Counted from the stretch's first letter, positions 18,228 to 28,988 are shown. The stretch: 64,000 nt of DNA from Candidatus Microgenomatus sp. (GCA_020724555.1 DYGT01000002.1:40271-104270), one strand, 5' to 3'. Numbers and translations: made by a program. The notes: generated by a model from the letters alone, not told the origin.

Positions 18228-19280
18228 ATGAATTTTCCAAATATCCTTCCGCTTGCTCTGGGCCTCATATTATTTTCATTTTTTATGAGCAGTATTTTTA
18301 CGGTTCCCTTTATTAATTTTTTATATAAGATAAAGATGACACGAAGAGCGGAAGGCGGTAAAAAAAAGCTTCTTTTTGACAAACTTCACGATAAAAAAGT
18401 CGGTACTCCCATAGGAGGTGGAATATTGATGATCGCCTCTATCACTTTATTGTTCGGTTTTGTATTTCCGCTTATTGATTATATGGGTGTATTTGTTGAA
18501 AGCTCATACAATCTTCGGTATGAATTGATTGTAATATTTTTTACCTTTATCTCTTTTGGACTTTTGGGTCTGTTGGATGATTATATAAAAATATTCGGGC
18601 GTCCGGCCAAAAAAACTATTTTTGGCGTTGTAACGGGGCTTTCTAAAATGCAAAAATTTGCTCTCCAGTTTGTTTTGGCTTTTATTTCAGCCAGCATGCT
18701 TTATTTCTTATTGGGAATACACATTTTATATATCCCCGTTTTAAATGTGGTCCTGGATTTGGGTATATTTTACATTCCCTTTTCCGCTTCGGTAATTATT
18801 TTTTTTACGAATGCTTTTAATTTTACCGATGGGCTAGACGGTCTTGCCTCCGGACTACTATTAATTTATTTAATGGCTTATGTCTTTATAGCCGTAAATG
18901 CACTGGACACGCCTTTGTTTATTTTTATTGGTATCTGGCTGGGAAGCCTTTTGGCGTTTTTGTATTTTAACGTTTGGCCTGCCCGGATTTGGTTGGGGGA
19001 CGCAGGGGCTTTAAGTTTTGGCGCTATGATCGCCATAATTGGGCTTTTACTTGGGAATGTAGCTGCCCTTTTTGTAATCGGTGCCCCTTTTGTAATTGAA
19101 GCGGTTTCGTCTTTAATTCAAATTTTGGGCTGGAAGTACCTAAAGCGGCCGATATTCCCCTTAGCACCAATTCACCACGCTTTCTTGGCTATCGGTTGGG
19201 AAGAGCCAAAAATAGTTATGCGGGCATGGCTTATGGGGATAGTGTTTGCCGTCTTTGGTTTATGGCTCGCCACCATCTAA
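18228..19280 (+). CDS. mraY: phospho-N-acetylmuramoyl-pentapeptide transferase MraY
   Basis: NAFNFTDGLDGLASG motif and 10-TM profile. Confidence 0.85.
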   Translation: MNFPNILPLALGLILFSFFMSSIFTVPFINFLYKIKMTRRAEGGKKKLLFDKLHDKKVGTPIGGGILMIASITLLFGFVFPLIDYMGVFVESSYNLRYELIVIFFTFISFGLLGLLDDYIKIFGRPAKKTIFGVVTGLSKMQKFALQFVLAFISASMLYFLLGIHILYIPVLNVVLDLGIFYIPFSASVIIFFTNAFNFTDGLDGLASGLLLIYLMAYVFIAVNALDTPLFIFIGIWLGSLLAFLYFNVWPARIWLGDAGALSFGAMIAIIGLLLGNVAALFVIGAPFVIEAVSSLIQILGWKYLKRPIFPLAPIHHAFLAIGWEEPKIVMRAWLMGIVFAVFGLWLATI

Positions 19281-20424
19281 TGTGCAAAAAAGAAATAAAA
19301 AGACAAAAAGGATACAAAGTAATTTAGCTTCAGGATCAATAGATCGTGGTTTATTTATTTTGACTTTAATTCTAACGATATTGGGAATCGTGGCTGTTGC
19401 CGATTCTTCTTCTCCTCAAGCGCTTAGGGTATATTCTGATGCTTTTTACTTTGCCAAACAACAATTAACCTGGGCCGGAATCGGTTTATTTTTACTCATT
19501 GTATTTGCAAGTATCCCATATAGGTTTTGGTACAAATATGGTGGTCTTATATATTTTGCTGTTTTGGTTTTATTGGTTATGGTGCTACTTCCAGGTTTTG
19601 GCTCACAAGTTTTAGGCGCCAGACGGTGGATACGTTTTGGACCCATTGGCTTTCAGCCATCAGAGCTATTAAAAATCGCGATCGCCATGGTTATTGCTCG
19701 CTGGTCTGAACGAAGCTCAAATTTGTGGCAGCCTTTACTATATTTAGGACTTGGAATTTTTTTGGTTATGCTTCAGCCTGACTTTGGGACTTCACTTGTA
19801 ATTGTGGCGATAGCCATCTCCCAATTATTCGTGGCCGGCATGCCATGGTTATATTTTATTGGTATCGGAGTAATTGGAGGTCTTATGGCTTTTTTAACTG
19901 TAATTTTTTCAGATTATCGGCGTGGACGCCTGATGTCTTTTTTGCAAGTTTCAGCAGACCCTTTGGGTAGCTCCTATCACATTAGGCAAATCTTAATCGC
20001 ACTTGGTTCTGGCGGACTTTTCGGCATAGGCTTGGGCAATTCGCGACAAAAGCATTTATTTATTCCGGAAACGGCAACCGATTCGGTTTTTGCGGTCATA
20101 GGGGAAGAGGTGGGATTTATAGGTTCTTTGACAATTATTATTCTTCTTGTCATGTTTTTAATGCGGATTTTTAAAATAGCCAAAAATGCTCCCGATGATT
20201 TTTCTTTTATATTTGCTGCCGGCATCGGAGTATGGGTAGGTGTACAAATGTTTTTAAATCTTGCCTCAATGGTAGCCTTAACACCGATAACAGGTATTCC
20301 CTTACCGTTTTTTAGCTATGGAGGCAGCAGCCTGACGACGACACTGGCCGCTGTTGGTATACTATTAAATATCTCTAGGCATGAAAAAGTTCAAAAAAAA
20401 ACAAATATCCGAAAAAGAAGCTAG
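19246..20424 (+). CDS. ftsW: SEDS-family cell division protein FtsW (lipid II flippase/peptidoglycan glycosyltransferase)
   Basis: Polytopic membrane protein between mraY and murG; SEDS C-terminal block TDSVFAVIGEE...LPFFSYGGSS. Confidence 0.8.
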   Translation: MPSLVYGSPPSNVQKRNKKTKRIQSNLASGSIDRGLFILTLILTILGIVAVADSSSPQALRVYSDAFYFAKQQLTWAGIGLFLLIVFASIPYRFWYKYGGLIYFAVLVLLVMVLLPGFGSQVLGARRWIRFGPIGFQPSELLKIAIAMVIARWSERSSNLWQPLLYLGLGIFLVMLQPDFGTSLVIVAIAISQLFVAGMPWLYFIGIGVIGGLMAFLTVIFSDYRRGRLMSFLQVSADPLGSSYHIRQILIALGSGGLFGIGLGNSRQKHLFIPETATDSVFAVIGEEVGFIGSLTIIILLVMFLMRIFKIAKNAPDDFSFIFAAGIGVWVGVQMFLNLASMVALTPITGIPLPFFSYGGSSLTTTLAAVGILLNISRHEKVQKKTNIRKRS

Positions 20425-21511
20425 ACCTATACTTTTGACCGGAGGCCATGCAGGAAGCACTGCTTTAGCTACTATCGAAGAGTTAACAGTAGAAGGATAT
20501 AAAAATATACACTGGGCCGGACCAAAGTATTCAAAAGAAGGCTCAAAGGCAAAAACTTTTGAATTTATTGTTTTTCCCCAAAAAGGTGTTATCTGCCACC
20601 CCATCCGAGCGGGAAGATTTCAACGCAAACTTACACGCTATAGTTTAGTGGCATTATTAAAAATTCCGCTTGGTTTTTGGGATGCTATTAAAATAATTCA
20701 TAAATATAAACCGCGTCTTGTGGTGTCGTTCGGAGGGTTTGCGGCTTTTCCATTGGTTTTTGTTTCATGGCTCTATAAGATACCGGTTATAGTGCACGAA
20801 CAAACAATTGCTGCCGGACTTGCCAATCGTCTAAGCATACCGTTTGCAAAAAAAATTGCCATAGCAAGAAGAGAAAGCAAGGCTTTTTTCCCCGATAAAA
20901 AAACCGTTTTGACCGGAAACCCCCTCAGGAGAAATATCCGCGATATTCCTCAAAAAACTAAATTGTCCGTCAGGCCTTGTATTTTTGTAACAGGCGGATC
21001 GCGGGGATCTACCTGGATAAACAACGCGGTTGAGCCGTTGATCCCCGAACTTGTTAAAAAAATGAAAATAATCCATCAGTGCTCTGATGTGGATTTGGAT
21101 AAATTCGAAAAAATAAAAAACTCTTTGGGGGTCTATAAAAAATATTATCAGGTAAAAACTTTTTACTCCGAAGATGAAATAAAAAAAGTGTATAGCTGTG
21201 CCGACATCCTGGTCGGCAGGGCGGGAGCTAATACTGTTTCAGAAATTATTTATTTGTGCCTTCCCAGTATTTTGATTCCTATCCCATGGGCCCAACAAAA
21301 CGAACAGGAAAAAAATGCAAAAATGGCAAAATCTTTAGGGATTGCCAAGATAATCAACCAAAACGAGCTGGGACCGGAAAGTCTAAAAAATACCATAAAC
21401 AAGGTTTTGGGCGATTGGAAAAAAATGGTGGAAGTATCCAAAAAATTTAAAAATACCGATAGTATGGCGCACAAAAATTTAGTTAATCTTATAAATGATG
21501 CTTTACGATGA
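20381..21511 (+). CDS. murG: undecaprenyldiphospho-muramoylpentapeptide beta-N-acetylglucosaminyltransferase MurG
   Basis: GT-B fold, N-terminal LLTGGHAGSTALA glycine loop, position in dcw cluster; start overlaps ftsW end by 44 nt. Confidence 0.75.
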   Translation: MKKFKKKQISEKEARPILLTGGHAGSTALATIEELTVEGYKNIHWAGPKYSKEGSKAKTFEFIVFPQKGVICHPIRAGRFQRKLTRYSLVALLKIPLGFWDAIKIIHKYKPRLVVSFGGFAAFPLVFVSWLYKIPVIVHEQTIAAGLANRLSIPFAKKIAIARRESKAFFPDKKTVLTGNPLRRNIRDIPQKTKLSVRPCIFVTGGSRGSTWINNAVEPLIPELVKKMKIIHQCSDVDLDKFEKIKNSLGVYKKYYQVKTFYSEDEIKKVYSCADILVGRAGANTVSEIIYLCLPSILIPIPWAQQNEQEKNAKMAKSLGIAKIINQNELGPESLKNTINKVLGDWKKMVEVSKKFKNTDSMAHKNLVNLINDALR

Positions 21512-22182
21512 AAAAAATATTACTACTTTTAATAATTTTGCTGGTATTAGTAGGCATACTTGCGAGCCCCTTTTTTATTAAAATAAATAATCTTAATTGC
21601 ACAAGCCAGTTTGGAGCCTGTAGTAGTGATATTAAAAATGATCTGGATGGCATCGAGCCGGGAAGCCTTAGGGATAGCAAAAAGAAAGTACAAAGCACTC
21701 TTTTAAAACATAAAAAGGTTAAGGAATTTGCAATTAACTACACTTTCCCTAAAACCTTGAACGTGGTAATTGTTGAAAGAAAACCCCAGGTGGCAATCCT
21801 TCGTAAAAACGCGACAAATTATATTCTTATTGATAAAGACGGAACAATTTTAGAAGAAAGCGACTCAACTACTTTCCCGATAATTGCCATCCAGGAGGTG
21901 GGGCATACAAATAGTGAGCTTTCTTTTGCTGCGAACCTGCAATATGAATTATTCATCAATTTTAATGTAAATTCTTCTATAATGAAAAAAGATCACTTAT
22001 TAATTACAAAAGACGGGGTTAATTTTCTTTTGCCCCTAAAAGGTGATTTAGATGTAGTCTTAGGTTCTTATAATTTAATTCTTTCCTGGTTGAAGAGTGA
22101 AAAAGAAAAATCTAGAATAGATAAAGTAAATGCCGTATACGAGGTAGATTTAAGATACAAAAACCCTGTGATGCGAATATAA
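21508..22182 (+). CDS. ftsQ: cell division protein FtsQ/DivIB-like (TM anchor plus POTRA-like domain)
   Basis: N-terminal TM helix ILLLLIILLVLVGILASPFFI; located between murG and ftsA. Confidence 0.6.
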   Translation: MKKILLLLIILLVLVGILASPFFIKINNLNCTSQFGACSSDIKNDLDGIEPGSLRDSKKKVQSTLLKHKKVKEFAINYTFPKTLNVVIVERKPQVAILRKNATNYILIDKDGTILEESDSTTFPIIAIQEVGHTNSELSFAANLQYELFINFNVNSSIMKKDHLLITKDGVNFLLPLKGDLDVVLGSYNLILSWLKSEKEKSRIDKVNAVYEVDLRYKNPVMRI

Positions 22183-22185
22183 CAA

Positions 22186-23463
22186 ATGGCAAAAAGCAAT
22201 ATAATTTCAGCTATAGATATCGGATCATCCAAAATTGTCACCCTCGTGGCTCAGGTAAATTATGACCAGATAACCGGAGACCCGAGCGTAAACATCATCG
22301 GTGTCGCCAGTACTCCCTCAAGAGGTATCAAAAAAGGTCAAATTGTCGATATCGAGGAAGCAGTAGAAGCTACAATTGAATCGGTTGAGGCGACAGAGCG
22401 CATGGCCGGTTTTAATCTGGACCGGGCGTTTATTTCTGTAGGGGGCGGCCACATTGCTTCGCAAAATTCAAGCGGAGTTGTCGCGATTTCAAACCCCGAA
22501 AACGAAATAAATGAAGAGGATGTAGATCGTGTTATTGAGGCTGCAAGAGCCGTGTCGCTTCCTTCTTCCCGGGAAATAATCCACGTCATTCCCCGCGAGT
22601 ATATTGTTGATGGTGAGCCCGGAGTGCGTGATCCTGTGGGCATGACCGGAGTCCGGCTTGAGGTAGATACGCATTTGGTTACGGCCAGTTCCCCTGCGTT
22701 AAAAAATCTCACGAAAACTGTCAATGAAGTAGGTGTTGAAATTGAGGAGGCGGTTTTTTCCGGACTAGCTTCAAGTTATGCCACTGTAACGGACACCGAA
22801 AAAGAACTTGGATGTGTGCTTTTGGATATCGGTTCTGGTACAACCACGATCGCTGCATTTGTAGAAGGGGCGCTCGCTTATTCATCCGCGATCCCAATCG
22901 GAGCCAGAAATGTGACTAATGATCTGGCCATAGGACTAAGAGTATCTTTGGATACAGCCGAAAAAATAAAACTTAGCCTTATTGAGGAAAAACCATTTAA
23001 AGAGCAAAGCAAAAAAGACAAACAAATAGAAATACCGGATGAAAATGGGAGTGAAATAAAAACAGTACAAAAACGGACACTTATCGAGGGTATTATCAGA
23101 CCCCGGTTAAATGAAATATTTTCGATGGTAAAAATGGATTTGGATCATTCTAATATCACTAACCGCATACCATCCGGTGCCATTATTACGGGTGGCGGCG
23201 CCTTAACCGTGGGAGTTGCCGATGCAGCAAAGAAAGTCTTGGGGCTGCCGGTTCGTCTTGCTTCGCCCGAAGGCGTGGGGGGTTTAACAGATGATATTAT
23301 GAAGCCTCAGTTTTCAACGGCTATCGGGCTTATTTTGTATGGGGTAAAGAATGCACATTTGTATGCAGGCAAGCCTTCGAGCAGCCTGAGTAAAAACATC
23401 CAATTGCCAAATACGGCAATATTTTCTAAACTAATAAACACTATCAAAGATCTTCTGCCCTAA
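22186..23463 (+). CDS. ftsA: cell division protein FtsA
   Basis: Actin-like ATPase motifs ISAIDIGSSKIVTLV ... LLDIGSGTTTIA. Confidence 0.85.
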   Translation: MAKSNIISAIDIGSSKIVTLVAQVNYDQITGDPSVNIIGVASTPSRGIKKGQIVDIEEAVEATIESVEATERMAGFNLDRAFISVGGGHIASQNSSGVVAISNPENEINEEDVDRVIEAARAVSLPSSREIIHVIPREYIVDGEPGVRDPVGMTGVRLEVDTHLVTASSPALKNLTKTVNEVGVEIEEAVFSGLASSYATVTDTEKELGCVLLDIGSGTTTIAAFVEGALAYSSAIPIGARNVTNDLAIGLRVSLDTAEKIKLSLIEEKPFKEQSKKDKQIEIPDENGSEIKTVQKRTLIEGIIRPRLNEIFSMVKMDLDHSNITNRIPSGAIITGGGALTVGVADAAKKVLGLPVRLASPEGVGGLTDDIMKPQFSTAIGLILYGVKNAHLYAGKPSSSLSKNIQLPNTAIFSKLINTIKDLLP

Positions 23464-23515
23464 ACGCTTTGACAAAAGCTATAAGTCTGGTAAACTGCCC
23501 GTAGAAAAGTTATAT

Positions 23516-24694
23516 ATGGCCTTAGTAAAACCCGATTCTTCAAGGATAGCCAAAATTAAAGTTATTGGAGTTGGCGGCGGTGGTGGAAATGCGGTGGCTT
23601 CTATGGTCGAAGGCCAGGATATAAATGGGGTTGAATTTATAACGATAAATACAGATGCACAAGTGCTTTTGGATAATCCTGTATCCACAAAGCTTCAGAT
23701 CGGAGAAAAACTGACGCGCGGTCTTGGCGTGGGAGGTGACCCGGAAATCGGCGCACAGGCGGCGGAGGAATCTGTAGATAAAATAAAGGAGCTCTTGGTG
23801 GATTCGGATATGGTTTTTATAACAGCCGGCATGGGCGGTGGCACTGGTACGGGAGCAAGCCCGGTGATTGCCAGGATGGCTCGTGAAACCGGGGCTTTAA
23901 CCGTAGGAATTGTCACAAAACCATTTGCATTTGAGGGTAACCGCCGTAACATGATCGCAGAAGACGGAGTGGAGCGACTGCGCGAGGAAGTAGATACGCT
24001 GATTGTAATTCCTAACCAACGGCTCATGGATGTAATAGACCGTAAAATGACGCTCGTGGAAGCGTTTAAAGTAGCGGATAGCGTTTTAAGCCAAGCAGTT
24101 GGAGGAATTGCTGAAATAATTACAACCCCGGGTCTTGTCAATGTAGATTTTGCTGATGTTAAAGCAATTATGAAAGACGCAGGCTCGGCTCTACTGGGAA
24201 TAGGCACTGGAGTGGGGGACAACAGAGCAGCCATGGCCGCACGCGCTGCCATAAGTTCACCACTTTTGGACCTGTCAATTGACGGTGCTCGGGGAGTCTT
24301 AATTAATATTACCGGCGGACCGGATTTGACCATGTTTGAGGTAGACGAAGCGGCACGTACCATTTCAAGCGCTGCGGACGCGGACGCAAATATTATTTTC
24401 GGCTCAGTGATACGCCCGGATATGTCCGATCAGGTACGCATCACGGTGATTGCCACCGGTTTTGACGAAACCCAGGCAAGAATTGCAAAAATGACGAGAC
24501 CCACGATCGCCCCAAAATTTGAAGGCATAATTACTGATAAAGCAAAAGGTGAAACCGAAACAGACCAAGACGGTAACGAAGAGTCTGAGCGTGAGAAAAA
24601 AGATGAAGACGAAGATGATTCAACAGATATTAAAACCAGAGACGAATTTGGTAAAGAATTTGAAATCCCCGCTTTTTTAAGAAAAATCCACTAA
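23516..24694 (+). CDS. ftsZ: cell division GTPase FtsZ
   Basis: KIKVIGVGGGGGNAV and tubulin signature GGGTGTGASPVIA; acidic C-terminal linker and conserved C-terminal peptide. Confidence 0.95.
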   Translation: MALVKPDSSRIAKIKVIGVGGGGGNAVASMVEGQDINGVEFITINTDAQVLLDNPVSTKLQIGEKLTRGLGVGGDPEIGAQAAEESVDKIKELLVDSDMVFITAGMGGGTGTGASPVIARMARETGALTVGIVTKPFAFEGNRRNMIAEDGVERLREEVDTLIVIPNQRLMDVIDRKMTLVEAFKVADSVLSQAVGGIAEIITTPGLVNVDFADVKAIMKDAGSALLGIGTGVGDNRAAMAARAAISSPLLDLSIDGARGVLINITGGPDLTMFEVDEAARTISSAADADANIIFGSVIRPDMSDQVRITVIATGFDETQARIAKMTRPTIAPKFEGIITDKAKGETETDQDGNEESEREKKDEDEDDSTDIKTRDEFGKEFEIPAFLRKIH

Positions 24695-24745
24695 TTTTCA
24701 CTCCCTTTAAAACAACTTCATTTTCTAGTACAATTAACCCCATAA

Positions 24746-27562
24746 ATGGCATATTTTAATAAAGTAAATACCAAACAAAATTTTCCCCAGCTTGAAAGCA
24801 AAATCATTGATTTTTGGGAAAAAGAAAAAATATTTGAAAAAAGCATAACCAGCCGCTCAGAAAGCAAACGCTGGACTTTTTTGGATGGCCCTCCGTTTAT
24901 AACCGGCTCCCCCCATTATGGCAGCCTTTTGTCCAGTATTCCCAAAGACGTCTTTCCTCGTTTTTGGACAATGAAGGGGTACCGTGTACGCCGCGTCTGG
25001 GGGTGGGATTGCCACGGTCTACCGGCCGAAAACAAAGTGGAAAATAAGCTTGGTATTAAGCGAAAAAAAGATATTGAGGAAAAAATAGGTGTCAAAAGAT
25101 TTATTGAGGAATGTAAAAACTACGTATCCGAGGTATCAGGGGAGTGGAAATGGTATATTGACCACATCGCCCGCTGGGTAGATTTTGAAAATGCCTACAG
25201 GACAATGGACCGGGATTACATGGAAACCGTGATGTGGGTTTTTAAATCTATGTATGAAAAAAATTTAATATATAAAGGCTTGCGAGTTTCTTTGTATTGT
25301 CCGCATTGCTCAACTCCAATATCTAATTTCGAAGTAGCGATGGATCCTGACAATTACAAAGCAATTACCGAACCTGCAAATACCTATAAATATAAAGTAC
25401 AAGGCGAGGAAAATACCTATTTTTTGGCATGGTCGACCACCCCTTGGAATAAAATCGCCACACCCGCCCTTGCAGTCAATCCAAAACTGGCTTACGTAAA
25501 GGTAGAGCAGGGTAGGGAATATTATATCTTGGCCAAAAAACGCCTTGAGCATCTAAATGCAGAGCCTGAATATAAAATTGTCGAAGAAATGAAAGGGGCA
25601 GATCTTGTCGGTAAAAAATTTGAGCCGCACTGGGATTATTATAAAATTGAGCCCGGAAAACAGGCATTTGTTATTATACCCGGCGATTTTGTAACTGCCG
25701 AAGAAGGAACCGGTATAGTTACCATAGCAGCCTATGGTGAAGACGATTTGGCTGCGATAGAAAAAAATAATATCCAAATAGTTATGCACATTGACGAGGA
25801 AGGTCACCTAAAACCGGACGTTCCCAAGTGGGGCGGCCTGTATTACCTAAAAGTTAATAAGCTGGTAAACGAAGATCTTGAGAAACGCGGTCTTATCTAC
25901 AAAGAAGAGCCATTAACCCACACTGTGCCTACTTGTTGGCGCTGCGGCACCCGCCTTATATACGCCCCCCAAGATGCTTGGTTTGTGGACATCCAGTCTT
26001 TAAAACCCAAACTTTTTGACAATAATGAAAAGGTCAATTGGGTTCCGAAACATTTTAAGCACGGCCGTTTTACCAAAAGCATGGAGTCCGCTCCTGATTG
26101 GTGCATTTCAAGAAGCCGCTATTGGGGTTCACCCGTGCCAGTATGGGAATGTGAATGTGGCGAGCGTTTTGTGCCTGGTTCAATCGCTGAGCTGGAAAAA
26201 TTAAGCGGACAAAAAATCACTGACCTTCATAAACCGGAAATTGACGACGTGACAATTAAATGCACCAAATGCGGTGGAGTTGCCAGGCGGGTCCCTGAAG
26301 TATTGGATAGCTGGATTGAGGCGGGTTCGGCAAGTTTCGCCGAACGACATTATCCTTTTAACCAAAACTTTAAGCTCGAAGATTTTTTCCCTCCCGATTT
26401 TATCGTTGAATATACGGGCCAGATACGCGCCTGGTTTTATGTACTGCACGTCATCGCAACTGCACTTTACGACTCCAATGCTTTTAAAAATGTGGTTGTA
26501 ACCGGGGTGATTTTGGGAACAGATGGACGAAAAATGAGCAAAAACTGGAAAAATTATCCGGACCCAAAAAACATGCTGGAAACATATGGTGGGGACGCAC
26601 TTCGGCTATATTTGCTGGGTTCGCCGGTCATGAAAGGCGAGGATATACTAATCTCCGAAGACGAATACCGCGACCAAATAAAAAATTTTAGTTTACCGCT
26701 TTGGAATGTCTATAACTTTTTTGTGACTTATGCCAATCTTGATAACTGGAAACCGGGTGAAAATAAGGCTGTAAAAAAATCCAAGCTCGATCTTTGGGCA
26801 ATAAATGCCTTTCATAAAATGCTTGGCGACTTGACTCATTCATTGGAGAGCTACGATACTCCCACTGCCGTAAATATTATACAGACTTTTTTAAATAACA
26901 ATTTATCGGGCTGGTTTATAAGAAGAAGCCGTGAAAGGCTAGGGATATGGGTTAACAATGAGGATGATAAATTAAGTTTTTACGAAACGGCTTATTTTAT
27001 CTTAACAAATTTTTGCAAAGCCATAGCCCCTATCGTTCCTCTGATCAGTGAAGAAATCTACCGCAATTTAACAAAAGAACAGTCCGTTCACCTAACCGAT
27101 TGGCCAAAAGCGGGTGAGATTGATACAAAACTTTTGAGGGATATGGAATATGCCCGTATCATCACAGAAAAAGCCCATGCCATAAGAAAAGAGAAAGGTA
27201 TCGCGGTTCGCCAGCCGCTGCCCAGCCTAAAAATTATATCAGATCAAGATGCCCTAGATAACGAAATTTTAGAAATTGTAAAGGCGGAGCTAAATGTTAA
27301 AAAAATTATCTGGGAAAAAGGTAAAATTTTAGAACTTAAGCTTGATACAAAGATTACACCGACCCTGAAAGAAGAAGCTAAAACGCGCGAACTGGTGCGA
27401 GCTATACAAGTGGAAAGAAAAAATTTGGGTATAGGTTTAACAACAAAAGTAAAAGTTATAAACCCATGGTTTCCCAAAAATGAAAATTTACTTCAATGGC
27501 TAATGCAAAAAACCGGCACAACCAGCCTGGAAAAAGGTGACTTTGCAGTGAAAAAAGCATGA
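24746..27562 (+). CDS. ileS: isoleucine--tRNA ligase, type 2 (eukaryote/archaeal-like)
   Basis: PPFITGSPHYGS (HYGS variant of HIGH) and KMSKNWKN (KMSKS); 938 aa; type-2 architecture. Confidence 0.8.
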   Translation: MAYFNKVNTKQNFPQLESKIIDFWEKEKIFEKSITSRSESKRWTFLDGPPFITGSPHYGSLLSSIPKDVFPRFWTMKGYRVRRVWGWDCHGLPAENKVENKLGIKRKKDIEEKIGVKRFIEECKNYVSEVSGEWKWYIDHIARWVDFENAYRTMDRDYMETVMWVFKSMYEKNLIYKGLRVSLYCPHCSTPISNFEVAMDPDNYKAITEPANTYKYKVQGEENTYFLAWSTTPWNKIATPALAVNPKLAYVKVEQGREYYILAKKRLEHLNAEPEYKIVEEMKGADLVGKKFEPHWDYYKIEPGKQAFVIIPGDFVTAEEGTGIVTIAAYGEDDLAAIEKNNIQIVMHIDEEGHLKPDVPKWGGLYYLKVNKLVNEDLEKRGLIYKEEPLTHTVPTCWRCGTRLIYAPQDAWFVDIQSLKPKLFDNNEKVNWVPKHFKHGRFTKSMESAPDWCISRSRYWGSPVPVWECECGERFVPGSIAELEKLSGQKITDLHKPEIDDVTIKCTKCGGVARRVPEVLDSWIEAGSASFAERHYPFNQNFKLEDFFPPDFIVEYTGQIRAWFYVLHVIATALYDSNAFKNVVVTGVILGTDGRKMSKNWKNYPDPKNMLETYGGDALRLYLLGSPVMKGEDILISEDEYRDQIKNFSLPLWNVYNFFVTYANLDNWKPGENKAVKKSKLDLWAINAFHKMLGDLTHSLESYDTPTAVNIIQTFLNNNLSGWFIRRSRERLGIWVNNEDDKLSFYETAYFILTNFCKAIAPIVPLISEEIYRNLTKEQSVHLTDWPKAGEIDTKLLRDMEYARIITEKAHAIRKEKGIAVRQPLPSLKIISDQDALDNEILEIVKAELNVKKIIWEKGKILELKLDTKITPTLKEEAKTRELVRAIQVERKNLGIGLTTKVKVINPWFPKNENLLQWLMQKTGTTSLEKGDFAVKKA

Positions 27563-28629
27563 AATTAAAGAAATTATTTACCGGTGATCCGTGGTTGGTA
27601 GGAACAATATTATTAACTCTTGGCTTGGGATCGACCATTTTGCGCTCGGTAGCTGGATATGCATTCCCCTCTTATTTTCTCTTTATTGCTTTGTCTCTCC
27701 TGGCTTTTATAGTATTTTCACAACTGAATTTTACGATATTACAATCGTTTTCAACAATTTTATATGTTGTAAGCGTATTTATACTAACCTTGCCACTTTT
27801 AATCGGAGAGGTAACCCGTGGTACAATCCGCTGGATTCAAATAGGCAGCTTCACCCTGCAACCGGCCGAAATCGTACGACCGTTTTTAATCTTATTTATA
27901 GCTCAATATTTAACCAGCGAAGAACTTACTGTTAAACGTTTTGCCACGGCCGTGGCTTTATTTATGGTGCCTACTTTTTTAATCCTTCTTGCTCCTTCTT
28001 TGGGAGTTTCGGTTCTTACCGTTGTTGGATTTATCGGGGTCGTTCTTTCTCTTGGTTTTAATAAAAAGCTTTTACTAACGGCTTCCGCCATAGGTTTAAT
28101 AATTTTGCCTTTTACCTGGTTTTTATTAGCCGATTATCAAAAAGAAAGGGTAGTTGCTTTATTTTCCCCCTCCCTGGACCCGCAAGGCATTGGCTACAAT
28201 AGTATCCAGGCTTTAATAAGCGTTGGTTCCGGAGGGTTATTTGGACGAGGCTTGGGTGAAGGAGTGCAGACACAGTTATCTTTTTTACCGGAACGGCATA
28301 CTGATTTTATTTTTGCGTCAATCGCTGAGGAAATGGGCTTTGTCGGTGCTTTCTTGGTGATCATCTTATTATTTTTTCTTTTATTAAGAACGCTATCTGT
28401 AGTCATAAATGCCACAAACTACACGGCCCGTGCTTATGCGTCCGGTGTATTTTTGACGTTATTTGCACAAATCATGGTCCATATTGGGATGAATATGGGT
28501 TTATTACCCATTACCGGCTTGCCATTGCCGCTAATATCTCTCGGAGGATCCTCACTGTTGGCAACAATGATTATGCTTGGTATGGTAGTAAGCGCAAAAT
28601 CCAAAAAGCATAGCTCTGGCGTTTTTTAA
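27559..28629 (+). CDS. rodA: SEDS-family peptidoglycan glycosyltransferase (RodA/FtsW-like, second copy)
   Basis: Polytopic membrane protein with SEDS C-terminal blocks HTDFIFASIAEEMGF ... LPLISLGGSS; 4-nt overlap with ileS. Confidence 0.7.
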   Translation: MKLKKLFTGDPWLVGTILLTLGLGSTILRSVAGYAFPSYFLFIALSLLAFIVFSQLNFTILQSFSTILYVVSVFILTLPLLIGEVTRGTIRWIQIGSFTLQPAEIVRPFLILFIAQYLTSEELTVKRFATAVALFMVPTFLILLAPSLGVSVLTVVGFIGVVLSLGFNKKLLLTASAIGLIILPFTWFLLADYQKERVVALFSPSLDPQGIGYNSIQALISVGSGGLFGRGLGEGVQTQLSFLPERHTDFIFASIAEEMGFVGAFLVIILLFFLLLRTLSVVINATNYTARAYASGVFLTLFAQIMVHIGMNMGLLPITGLPLPLISLGGSSLLATMIMLGMVVSAKSKKHSSGVF

Positions 28630-28662
28630 CTAATTGCGCTACAATAGCCTTTGCTAATTACT

Positions 28663-28959
28663 ATGAAATACGCCATTATCCGCCTTGGCGGTAAACAATA
28701 TAAAATAGAAGAAGGCCGGGAAATAGTCCTTGATAAACAAAAGCAAGAATTAACTCCCGAGGTACTGCTTGTGGTTGATGAAGGTAAAGTAAAAATGGGT
28801 ACTCCTGTTTTGAAAAACGCAAAAATCAATTTTAAAAATTTGGGAGTAGAAAAAGGAGAAAAAATTTATGTTAAAAAGTATAAAGCAAAGTCCCGTTACC
28901 GCAAAAAGAAAGGCTTTCGCGCGCAGCACACAAGAATATTGGTGGAAAAAATTATATAA
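28663..28959 (+). CDS. rplU: 50S ribosomal protein L21
   Basis: MKYAIIRLGGKQYKIEEGREIV matches bL21 N-terminus; start at ATG 28663. Confidence 0.9.
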   Translation: MKYAIIRLGGKQYKIEEGREIVLDKQKQELTPEVLLVVDEGKVKMGTPVLKNAKINFKNLGVEKGEKIYVKKYKAKSRYRKKKGFRAQHTRILVEKII

Positions 28960-28988
28960 ACTATATCAATATATATCTTTGTGATTTA

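Noticed and set aside
23695-24363. 222-aa minus-strand ORF inside ftsZ
   Set aside because: Antisense to a very well supported ftsZ; low-complexity S/P/A/R-rich translation typical of antisense frames of Gly/Ala-rich genes.
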